The notes beneath the pieces were generated by a model. The model did no database searches, was not told where the DNA came from, and was given only the letters and a program-made list of their open reading frames with translations. The translations under genes and the position numbers were made by a program. A DNA stretch of 64,000 nt from Prorocentrum cordatum (Eukaryota). The DNA is taken from positions 1 through 64,000 of the forward strand of contig CAUYUJ010000118.1 of NCBI GenBank assembly GCA_963575745.1, in the 5' to 3' direction. Below, piece by piece: positions 51,641 through 62,244 of this stretch (positions within the stretch are counted from its first letter, which is position 1; each line of letters starts with the position of its first letter).

Positions 51641-51769
51641 ACGTACGATACACAGGCCGTGTACGGTAATGAGAACCAAACAAAGCAGCACGGCACAATG
51701 CCGCTCGAGACGAGAGCCCCAAACGGGAGCCCCCAGCCGCCAGACCCCCGAGGAGGGAGGCAACCAGGT

Positions 51770-51888
51770 TTTTTGCGGTTTGCGGTCCGACCAGGAGGCC
51801 CTACAAGGACGGTCGGGTTGGTGCAGCCACACCCTGTGGGTTGGATGTACCCTGAAAAACGTGATACTCATTGAGTATCTTGCAAGCA
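51770..51888 (-). mobile_element. Short 3' fragment of the same LINE family in tandem
   Basis: Closely matches 46104-46222 and follows the duplicated CAACCAGGT. Confidence 0.85.
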
Positions 51889-52290
51889 ATGAATTATCAA
51901 TTAACAATTATGAATCTCTTGTCATCCTCGAACGAGGCAGAGAAAAGTAAGACCTCATGCAATGAATTACCAATTATCAGTTGTAAATCCGAACCCGGGA
52001 CCCTCGCAGAGCTCTGGAGAGACCAGATCAGTTCCCAGATAACAGGAGAAGTTGATATAAGTCTGAAAACTGAAGGAATGTTTTTTTCGGGTTTTACAGA
52101 ACGTTGGTTCCTCCTAGTCTTTTAATCCGAAAAATGGAGCTAGAGCCCTGGAAATTTCACCGTCGAATGCGCCATGATTCACTACGGAGAATAAAAATCT
52201 GGATTCCCGAAGCGAATTTCAAAATCTCTCACAATCTCCGATAAACCGACCCAAGTGTCACACATTGTCCGCCCGGGCCGGCTGGGTCAA

Positions 52291-53755
52291 CTGGGCGCCG
52301 GCGGTAAACCGTCAACCTTTCTTACCGCCGGGGGACTCGTAGAGCTTCCTGACCATATATTATGTCCAAAGAATTAGCAGAGAACGAAGAGTTTTTCAGC
52401 CCGAGCGCTGATAGCAGACTGATCTCAGGCGTCTAGTGATATCCCATTGCTGTGCTGAACAGTTCTATAGCTCATCTGCAGCGTGTAGAAATACCATTAG
52501 GGAGAAAATAGCAGAGTACAAATCCGTGTTTGGCGTCTGCGCTCACAGACCAAAACCAAGCGTCTAGATGCTTCGCGCCTCATGATGTCCTTCTGATTTT
52601 TCGGCCGAAGAGCTCTCGAGCTGCTCTGCAGCTCGAGTTCAGTGAAGAAATTCACCATCATTTGGGAAAAAATGTCCGTCGAATACGAATAGTTTTGTGA
52701 ATCTAGCTCGGGTAGCAGACCGAGTTCAGACCGCTCGATGCAACAGACGAACACGCCCAATGCTTCTGCATCAGTTTCTGTGCGTACCAGCTCTGTAGCT
52801 CTCCTACAGCCCGAATTCAATACAGAAAATAGACAACATCTGTCAAGATGACTCCAAGAATACGAATAGTTTTGCGGACCTAGCCCGAGTAGCAGACCCA
52901 GTTCAGACCTCTGGATGCAACAGACGAACGGGCCAGATGATTCCGAATCAGTTTCTGTGCGCATCAGCTCTGTAGCTCTCCTAAAGCCCGAGTTACGTGC
53001 GAAAACGGACAGCACCCCTCAAGATGACTCGAACGATACGAATAGCTTCGCGGACCTAGCTCGAGTAGCAGACCGAGTTCAGACCTCTGGATGCAACAGA
53101 CGAACGCGCCTGATCATTCTGCATCGGTTTCTGTGCGCATCAACTCTGTAGCTCTCCTAGAGCTCGAGTTAAGTACAGAAAACCGACAGTCCCTGTCGAG
53201 ATGACCCGAGCGATACGAATAGTTTTGCGGACCTAGCTCGGGTGGCAGACCGATTTCAGACCTCTGCATGCGACGGCGGACGCGCCTGATGTCTCCGAAT
53301 CGGTTTCTGCAATTACCAGCCCTGTAGCCCCCCTACAGCCCGAGTTAAGTACAGAAAACCAACAGCACCTCTCAAGATGACTCGAACAATACGAATAGTT
53401 TCGCGGACCTAGCTCGGGCAGCAGACCGAGCTCAGACCTCTGGTTGCAACAGACGAACGCGCCTGATGATTCTGAATCGGTTTCTGTAAGTATCAGCTCT
53501 GTAGCTCTCCTACAGCTCGAGTTAAGTACAAAAAACCGACAACGCATGTCAAGATGACCCCAAACGGCCGATCCCGCCCGTGTGCTTTTTGGCAGTAATA
53601 TCTACCCGATCGGGCTGAGATTAAGACGGCGAGCGGGAATAATATCGAATATCACGGGAAAAATACTAGAGCTCAAACGAATGGTTGAATTTCGAGAACA
53701 AAATTTTCAACCGACCAAAAGTCAGCAAAAGGTCCGTCGAGATTTTTCTTGCCAG
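52291..53755 (-). mobile_element. Stem-loop unit with ~177-bp internal tandem repeats
   Basis: Hairpin 52298-52331; CAGACCTCTG marker at 52904, 53080, 53257, 53433; homologous to units at 55954, 57305, 60738. Confidence 0.75.
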
Positions 53756-53783
53756 CTGGGCGCCGGCGGTAAACCGTCAACCT

Positions 53784-55953
53784 CTCTTTTTTTTTGCGGT
53801 TTGCGGTCCGCCACTAGAATCCGAATCCGAATCGGCGGAGCAGTGCAACTGAGCCCCCACCATCTTAGGCCGCAGCAGAGCGCACGCCACCTTAGCAGCA
53901 GCTCTCGTCAGGGCAGCGCAGGCAGCTAGTTCACAGCAGGTTACCGTGCTACCAGGAGGCAAGCTCATCGCCTCCTCGGCCACATCGTGCCAATGGAAGC
54001 TGTGCGAGCTGGTGCAGGAGGAAGAGGAGGAGGAGGAGGAGGAGGAGATGGGAAAATCAACCTGCACGCTGGAACCCCTACCTACAACGCCAATCTGAAG
54101 CCACCACCCACCTCCACATCCTTCATTACTGACACCCCCATCGAATGCACCACGGAGAGCAGTCTTACGAGTACTGAGGAACTTATCATATGCAAACCAG
54201 CGAGTAATAGTTTGGCCACCTCTGGCCTCCCACGACAATTATCCGCACGCTCATTACCCTCACGAAAGAAATGCTTATACAGATTCTGTCCCGATGCAGG
54301 TGAGGTCAGTCCCCATCCAGACAGCATCGATACCGTATTTTGTAGTGTTCCCACCAGTCGTACATACTGCTTGTTGCGAATCTGCCACTCACCACACATC
54401 CAGTTTACAACAGTCTTACTATCTCCCAAGATCTCCATCACAAGACGCTCAATATTCTCACACCTCCACTCCGTTTCATTCTCATAATTAGCGGCAATAC
54501 GTTTGCTCATCCTCTCATTTATCTCTCTCTCCTCCTCCTCCTCCGCCTTCACATGTCTCACACCAGGCGGCCTGGGTAGAACAAACAAGTCGAACAAATG
54601 TTGCATGCCAATCACAGTCAGCAAATGCTTGCAGTATTTCTCACGGGACCCAGCGGAACTGTCGAACGAGAGGTACCACTCGCAACCAAAGAAATCGCAC
54701 AAGCACCAGTCCCACACAGTATGTCCACGGGGAGGGCCGCCCATGTTCATGCGTGTGAGCTGCTTCCTATCTTTTACAGGCAATGCTAGAATACATATGT
54801 CACGATGTTCCGTCCACTTCCCCCTTCCATGTAACATGGCCAGCCTAGATATCATCCATTCCCGTGACATGTCCGACTCCTCAGGTATGGCAGGCTGATC
54901 ATCTGGTGTCCGCCGGCGACAGCCACTCGACATCTGGGATATCTGAGATACATGATATGATTGAGAAGACGCCGCCGCCGCCATCGCCCGAGTTTTCCCC
55001 TGACGCCGATTTGGTACCGTCTCCCCCTCCTCCTCCTCTGTGTGTGTTGTGTATCTCCTCATACGAATACTTGCAGCAACTGAGACATCCTTAGCCCAAT
55101 CCCAACAACGAAATATCCATATCTGCACCGCACTTCGGAATCCAAGCCCAGCAAAACTCTGCCGTCCCGCTTTGTATCGCCTACGTTGAAACTCAGACCA
55201 GCCTTCAGTTCTCCGCTTGCGTATACCTGACATTATAGCTAGACATCTGCCTTCAAAATAGTGAACAGCAGCAATGGTAGAATAGTCGGGCGTTCTGCCC
55301 TCACAGTTGAATAATAATGCAGCAATCACTTTAGCTTGATAGCGAGTAAATCTTTCAGCCAAGTCAATCCCAGAGCAGCGGTAATACGCGATTTCCCCAA
55401 AGAACATCCTCTGGGCTTTCTGGAGCATGGCCTCTGAGTCCGAGTGGTCCTTCCAGGTCTCCTCCAGAGTGGCTCCCAGGATCTCAAACGCTTGAACACG
55501 CGGTAGGACCACTTCTCGGGTCCCAAGAGCGGCGTCACTAGACGGCACCAGCACACGGATATCCTGCTCAGGGGACGGCGGGATGCCAGGCGGCGCACCA
55601 AAGTAAATATACATCAAAGATTTCGGCTTCCAGGTCATTCCTGCACTCATCAGCGGGATACTCATGTCACGCACCATCAACTCAAGGTCAGTGCGGGTCC
55701 TCGCATACAACAAAAGATTATCTGCCCAGAAACTGTGGGTCATACGCTCACCGTTGAACATGCGCTCATCATTTTCCAATTTGATACCGTACTGCGTTTC
55801 TTGCCTCCATCTGTCGATGACATCTCTCCAGAGTACAATAGAAACTGCCAGAAAAATCATTGGTCCCTCTACTCCTCCCGTTCGAATAGATTTGTCCCAA
55901 TAGACCGCTGACGATGCCTCGATTCCCTCGAAGCTGGCCACGCACTGATTATT
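53784..55953 (-). mobile_element. 5'-truncated RT-RNase H LINE inserted in the hairpin loop
   Basis: RTGGVEGP, FWADN, EILGDS, FREGNERAD, then frameshift to RGAFDGG...TVTCCELAA; the two hairpin halves flank it with ACCT on both sides. Confidence 0.92.
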
Positions 55954-58900
55954 ACCTTTCTTACCGCCGGGGGACTGGTAGAGCTTCCTGACCATATATG
56001 ATGCCCAAAGAATTAGCAGAGAACGAAGAGTTTTCCAGCCCGAGCGCTGATAGCAGACTGATCTCAGGCGTCTAGTGATATCCCATTGCTGTGCTGAACA
56101 GTTCTATAGCTCATCTGCAGCGTGTTTGGCGTCTGCGCTCACAACAGACCCAAACCAAGCGTCTAGATGCGTCGCGCCTCATGATGTCCTTCTGATTTTT
56201 CGGCCGAAGCTCTCTCGAGCTGCTCTGCAGCTCGAGTTCAGCGAAGAAATTCACCATCATTTGGAAAAAAATTGTCGGTCGAATACGAACAGTTTTGTGA
56301 ACCTAGCTCGGGTAGCAGACCGAGTTCAGACCGCTCGATGCAACAGACGAACGCTCGCAATGCTTCTGCATCCGTTTCTGTGCGCACCAGCTCTGTAGCT
56401 CTCCTACAGCCCGAATTCAATTCAGAAAATGGACAACATCTGTCAAGATGACTCGAAGAATACGAATAGTTTTGCGAACCTAGCCCGAGTAGCAGACCCA
56501 GCTCAGACCTCTGGATGCAACAGACGAACGGGCCTGATGATTCCGAATCAGTTTCTGTGCGTATGAGCTCTGTAGCTCTCCTACAGCCCGAGTTACGTGC
56601 GAAAACGGACAGCACCTCTCAAGATGACTCGAATGATACGAATAGCTTCGCGGACCTAGCTCGAGTAGCAGGCCGAGTTCAGACCTCTGGATGCGACAGA
56701 CAAACGCGCCTGATTATTATGCATCGGTTGCTGTAAGCATCAGCTCTGTAGCTCCCCTAGAGCTCGAGTTAAGTACAGAAAACCGACAGTCCCTGTCGAG
56801 ATGACCCGAGCGATACGAATAGTTTTGCGGACCTAGCTCGGGTAGCAGACCGAATCAGACCTCTGCATGCGACAGGCGGACGCGCCTGATGTCTCCGAAT
56901 CGGTTTCTGCAATTACCAGCCCTGTAGCCCCCTACAGCCCAAGTTAAGTACAGAAAACCGACAGCACCTCTCAAGATGACTCTAACAATACGAATAGCTT
57001 CGCGGACCTAGCTCGGGCAGTAGACCGAGTTCAGACCTCTGGATGCAACAGACGAACGCGCCTGATGATTCTGAATCGGTTTCTGTAAGTATCAGCTCTT
57101 GTAGCTCTCCTACAGCTCGAGTTAATTACAAAAAACGACAACGCATGTCAAGATGACCCCAAACGGCCGATCCCGCCCGTGTGCTTTTTGGCAGTAATAT
57201 CTACCCGATCGAGCTGAGATTAAGACGGCGAGCGGGAATAAGATCGAATATCACGGGAAAAAATACTAGAGCTCAAACGAATGGTTGAATTTCGAAAACA
57301 AAATTGGGCGCCGGCGGTAAACGGGGGGACTCGTAGAGCTTCCTGACCATATATTATGTGCGAAGAATTAGCAGAGAACCAATAGTTTTTCAGCCCGAGC
57401 GCTGATAGCCGACTGATCTCAGGCGTCTAGATACAATTCGCTATTGCCCCTGGTAGTTCCCTTCGCATTGCTGTGCTGAACAGTTCTACAGCTCATCTGC
57501 AGCGTGTAGAACCAAGAAAAACAGTACCATTAGGGAGAAAGTAATAGAGTACGAATCGTGTTTGGCGTCTGCCCTCACAACAGACCCAAACCAAGCGTCT
57601 AGTGGCTTCGCGCCTCATGATCTCCTTCTAATTTTTCGGCCCAAAAGCTCTCGAGCTGCTCTGCAGCTCGAGCTCAGTGAAGAAATTCACCACCATTTGG
57701 AAAAAATATCGGTCGAATACGCACAGCTTCGCGAACCTAGCTCGGGTAGCAGACCGAGTTCAGACCTCTCGGTGCAACAGACGAACGCACCTGATGCTTC
57801 TGGATCGGTTTCTGTGCGCATCAGCTCTGTAGCTCTCCTACAGCCCGAGTTCAATACAGAAAATGGACAACACCTCTCAAGATGACCGGAAGAATACGAA
57901 TAGTTTCGCGAACCGAGTTCAGACCTCTGGATGCAACAGACGATACCGGCCTGATGATTCCAAATCAGATTCTGTGCGCATCAGCTCTGTAGCTCTCCTA
58001 AAGCCCGAGTTACGTGCAAAAACCGACAGCACCTCTCAAGATGACTCGAACGATACGACTAGTTTCGCAGACCTAGCTCGAGTAGCAGACCGAGTTCAGA
58101 CCTCTGGATGCGACAGACGAACGCGCCTGATTATTCTGCATCGGTTTCTGTGGGTACCAGCTCTGTAGCTCCACTCGAGCTCGAGTTAAGTACAGAAAAC
58201 CGACAGTCCCTGTCACGATGACTCGAGCGATACGAATATTTCCGCGAACCTGCTCGAGTAGCAGACTGAGTTCAGACCTCTGCATGCAAAAGGCGGACGC
58301 GCCTGATGTATCTGAATCAGTCTGTAATTACCAGCCCTGTAGCCACCCAACAGCCCGAACTAAGTACAGAAAACCCACAGCACCTCTCAAGATGACTCGA
58401 ACGACACGAATAGTTTCGCGGACCTAGCTCAAGCAGCGGACCGAGTTCAGATCTCTGGATGCAACATACGAACGCGCCTGATGATTCTGAATCGAGTACG
58501 TGTGCGTACCAGCTCTGTAGCTCCCCTAGAGCTCGAGTTAAGTACAGAAAACCGACGACGCGCGTGTCAAGATGACCCCGAACGGCCGATCCCGCCCGTG
58601 TGCTTTTTGGCAGCAATATCTACCCGATCGACCTGAGATTAAGACGGCGAGCGGGAATAAGATCGAATATCACAGGAAAAAATACTAAGGAGCTCTAACG
58701 AATTGATGAATTTCAATAACAAAATTTTCAACCAACCAAAAGTCAGCAAAAGGTCCGTCGAGATGTTTCTTGCCAACTAGCTCTCCAGCGCCCCGGAATT
58801 ACTCTTAAGCTTCCAGCAACTAGATAAGGGAAGCTCTACGAGTTATTTTCAACCGACCAGAAGTCATCAAAAGGTCCGTCGAGATTTTTCTTGCCAACTA

Positions 58901-59100
58901 GCTCTCCAGCGCCCCGGAATTACTCTTAAGCTTCCAGCAATTAGCTAGGGGAAGCTCTACGAGTTACTAGCTCTCCAGCGCCCCGGAATTACTCTTAAGC
59001 TTCCAGCAACTAGCTACGGGAAGCTCTACGAGTTACTAGCTGCGCCCCGCGCCGGAATTCCTCTAGCTCATCGACGCCGAAGAGCTCTACGAGGTACTAC
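55954..59100 (-). mobile_element. Two further tandem stem-loop units (junction near 57305, hairpin partly deleted there)
   Basis: Collinear with 52291-53755; right end carries repeated GAAGCTCTACGAGTT, the inverted copy of the left-end ACTCGTAGAGCTTC. Confidence 0.75.
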
Positions 59101-59208
59101 AGGTGCGGAAAATACCGGTTCTCAAAACGAATCTTCAAATCTCTCAGAAAGTTCGCCCAACCGGCCCTAAGTTCACACTTGAAACCGGCGGTAAACCGTC
59201 AACCAGGT

Positions 59209-59712
59209 TTTTTGAGTTTGAGTCAGGGCGCGGACAGCTGTGACAGCTGAGCCCTAAGACTCCCAAGCGGAGCACAGGGTAGCTAGAGAAGGCACCTCTT
59301 ATCATCACACTGCCGAGCCACTGAGGCATAGGCATCGGAATAGGATGCAGGAACAAGGAAAAGGATGCAGCACAACATGTGAGAATGCAAAGGTGTTGGA
59401 ACAGGTTAGAGAATGGTGTAAGAGCTGGTTGAAACGCTACCCAAAACGTGTTCCACGGCCATATAAAGCCGTTTTACTGCATTGATCAAAGCAACAGCCG
59501 ATCAGCAGCATATCCTTCCACAGACCGCCCTCCAACGAAGAAACCGTGGAGGCCGACTAGTTCATGTTTACGTTGTATATCACAGGCGAAGCAGAGTAAA
59601 AAGTAAAGTTGAAGTCTTGAACTCGTAGACCTCTTTTCTTGCCAAGCGCTCCTCGGAAGTGAAGGAAGCTTAAGCCAGAGCCAAACAACTCTAAAAAATC
59701 GGCCCCATACAA
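59209..59712 (-). mobile_element. Unrelated ~500-bp insert at the same hairpin-loop site, probably a LINE 3' fragment
   Basis: Follows CCGGCGGTAAACCGTCAACCAGGT; minus-strand tail CTCAAACTCAAAAA; only faint RNase H-like remnant; right boundary approximate. Confidence 0.55.
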
Positions 59713-62218
59713 ATATTTTTGCGGACCTAGCTCGAGTAGCAGACACTGTTCAGAGCTCTAGATGCTTCAGCCGAACGCCCTTGATCATTCTGGATCCGCT
59801 TCTGTGCGCATCAGCTCTGTAGCTGTGCTACAGCTCGAGTTAAGTGCAGAATACCGACAGCGCCTCTAAAGAGACCTTCAGAAATACGAATAGTGTTGTG
59901 GACCTAGCTCGAGTAGCAGAACGAGTTCAGGCCTCTCGATGCAACAGACGACGGCGCCCGGTAATACTGAATCGGTTTATGTGCGCACCAGCTCTGTAGC
60001 TACTCTAAATCTTGAGTTGAGTACAGAAAACCGACATCACTGGTCAAACTGGCTCAAAGAATACAACAAGTTTTACGGACCTAGCTCGAGTAGCAGACCG
60101 AGCTCAGACCTCTCGATGCAGCAGAAGAACGCGCCTGATGATTCTGAATCAGTTTCTGTGGGTATCAGCTCTGTAGCTCTCCGAAATCTCGAGTTAAGTA
60201 CAGAAAATCGTGAACGCGTGTCAAGATGACTCGGAACACAGTCGGTTCCTCCAAGTGTGTTGATAGTAATACTGCACCTACGGACCTGAGAATTTGACTG
60301 GCAGACGCGGCATAATCCACTACAGGTGCGAAAAATCTGCTTCTCTAAATGAATTGTCAACTTGGTAGCGTCCGAAACCCTGAGAGCAAAGACAACTGGG
60401 AGCCGGCGGTAAACCGTCAACCAGGTTACCGCCGGGAGCCTCGTAGAGCTCTTTTCTCGCACGGCGCTGCTTGGAACACGTGGGGGGGAGCTCTCTCATA
60501 CGCGAGCTAAAAACTCGAAAAAATATGTTTTTAAAAATAACCCCCAAGGACGGTTCCGCCAAGTGTTTTGATAGTTGTACTGTAGCTGCGGACCTGAGAA
60601 TTTCACTGGTAGACGCGGCACAACCCACTACAAGTGCGAAAAAAGACCAGTTCTCAAAACGAATGTTCAAATCTCTCACAAAGTTCGTCCAACCAACCCA
60701 AAGTTCGCACATTGTCCGTCGGGGCCGGGTCGGCTAACTGGGCGCCGGCGGTAAACCGTCAACCTTTCTTAGCGCCGGGGGACTCGTAGAGCTTCCTGAC
60801 CATATATTATGTCCAAAGAATTTGAAGAGAACGAATAGTTTTTCAGCCCGAGCGCTGATAGCTGACTGATCTCAGGCGTCTAAGGATATCCCATTGCTGT
60901 GCTGAACAGTTCTATAGCTCATCTGCAGCGTGTAGGAAAAAATCAAGGAGAAAATACCAGAGTACAAATCCGTGTTTGGCGTCTGCGCTCACAACAGACC
61001 CAAACCAAGCGTCTAGATGCTTCGCGCCTCACGATGTCCTTCTGAATTTTCGGCCGAAGAGCTCTCGAGCTGCTCTGCAGCTCGAGATCAGTAAAGAAAT
61101 TCACCATCATTTGGAAAAAATGGTCGGTCAAATACGAATAGTTTTGTGAACCTAGCTCGGGTAGCAGACCGAGTTCAGACCTCTCGATGCAACAGACGAA
61201 CGCTGCCAATGCTTCTGCATCACTTTCTGTGCGCACCAGCTCTGTAGCTCTCCTACAGCCCGAATTCAATACAGAAAATGGACAACATCTGTCAAGATGA
61301 CTCGGAAAATACGAACAGTTTTGCGGACCTAGCCCGAGTAGCAGACCCAATTCAGACCTCTAGATGCAACAGACGAGCGGGCCTGATGATTCTGAATCAG
61401 TTTCTGTGCGCATCAGCTCTGTAGCTGTGCTACAGCCCGAGTTACGTGCCAAAACGAACAGCACCTCTCAAGATGACTCGAACGAGACGAATAGTTTCGC
61501 TCACCTAGCTCGAGTAGCAGACCGAGTTCAGACCTCTTGATGCAATAGACGGACGCGCCTGATTATTCTGCATCGGTTTCTGTGCGCATCAGCTCTGTAG
61601 CTCCCCTAGAGCTCGAGTTAAGTACAGAAAACCAACAGTCCCTGTCGATGACCGAGCGATACGAATAGTTTTGGGGACCTAGCTCGAGTAGCAAACCGAT
61701 TTCAGACCTCTGCATGCGACAGGCGGACGCGCCTGATGTCTCGGAATCGGTTCCTGCAATTACCAGCCCTGTAGCCTCCCTACAGCCCGAGTTAAGTCCA
61801 CAGAAAACCGACAGCACCTCTCAGATGACTCGAGCAATACGAATAGTTTCGCGGATCTAGCTCGGGCAGCAGACGGAGTTCAGACCTCTAGATGCAACAG
61901 ACGAACGCGCCTGATGATTTTCTGTAAGTATCAGCTCTGTAGCTCTCCTACAGCTCGAGTTAAGTACAAAAAACCGACAACGCCTGTCAAGATGACTCGA
62001 AACGGCCAAATCCCGCCGCAACGCTTTGTGGCAGTAAAAGGTACCCGATCGGGCTGAGATCAAGACGGCGAGCGGGAATAAGATCGAATATGGTGGGAAA
62101 AAATACTACAGGTCCAACGAATGGTTCAATTTCGAAAACAAAATTTTCAACCGACCAAAAGTCACCAAAAGGTCCATCGAGATTTTTCTTGCCAACTAGC
62201 TCTCCACCGCCCCGGAAC
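59713..62218 (-). mobile_element. Partial and complete stem-loop units with empty hairpins at 60403-35 and 60745-78
   Basis: Same 177-bp repeats and termini. Confidence 0.75.
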
Positions 62219-62244
62219 TGGCGCCGGCGGTGAACCGTCAACCT

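Larger units (their letters stand above)
46104..51760 (-). mobile_element. Apparently full-length, degenerate APE-RT-RNase H non-LTR retrotransposon inserted in the hairpin loop
   Basis: ORF1, APE, RT and RNase H in order with frameshifts/stops; CAACCAGGT on both sides (46095-103, 51761-69); 3' tail CCGCAAACCGCAAAA on the minus strand. Confidence 0.9.

Noticed and set aside
46104..51888. LTR interpretation of the ~120-bp direct repeat at both ends of the element
   Set aside because: The element has APE, no integrase, and no TG...CA ends; the second copy follows a duplicated target and fits a tandem 3' fragment better
55954..55995. Start MVRKLYQSPGGKKG of the 637-aa ORF
   Set aside because: It is encoded by the flanking hairpin unit; the LINE is 5'-truncated within RT
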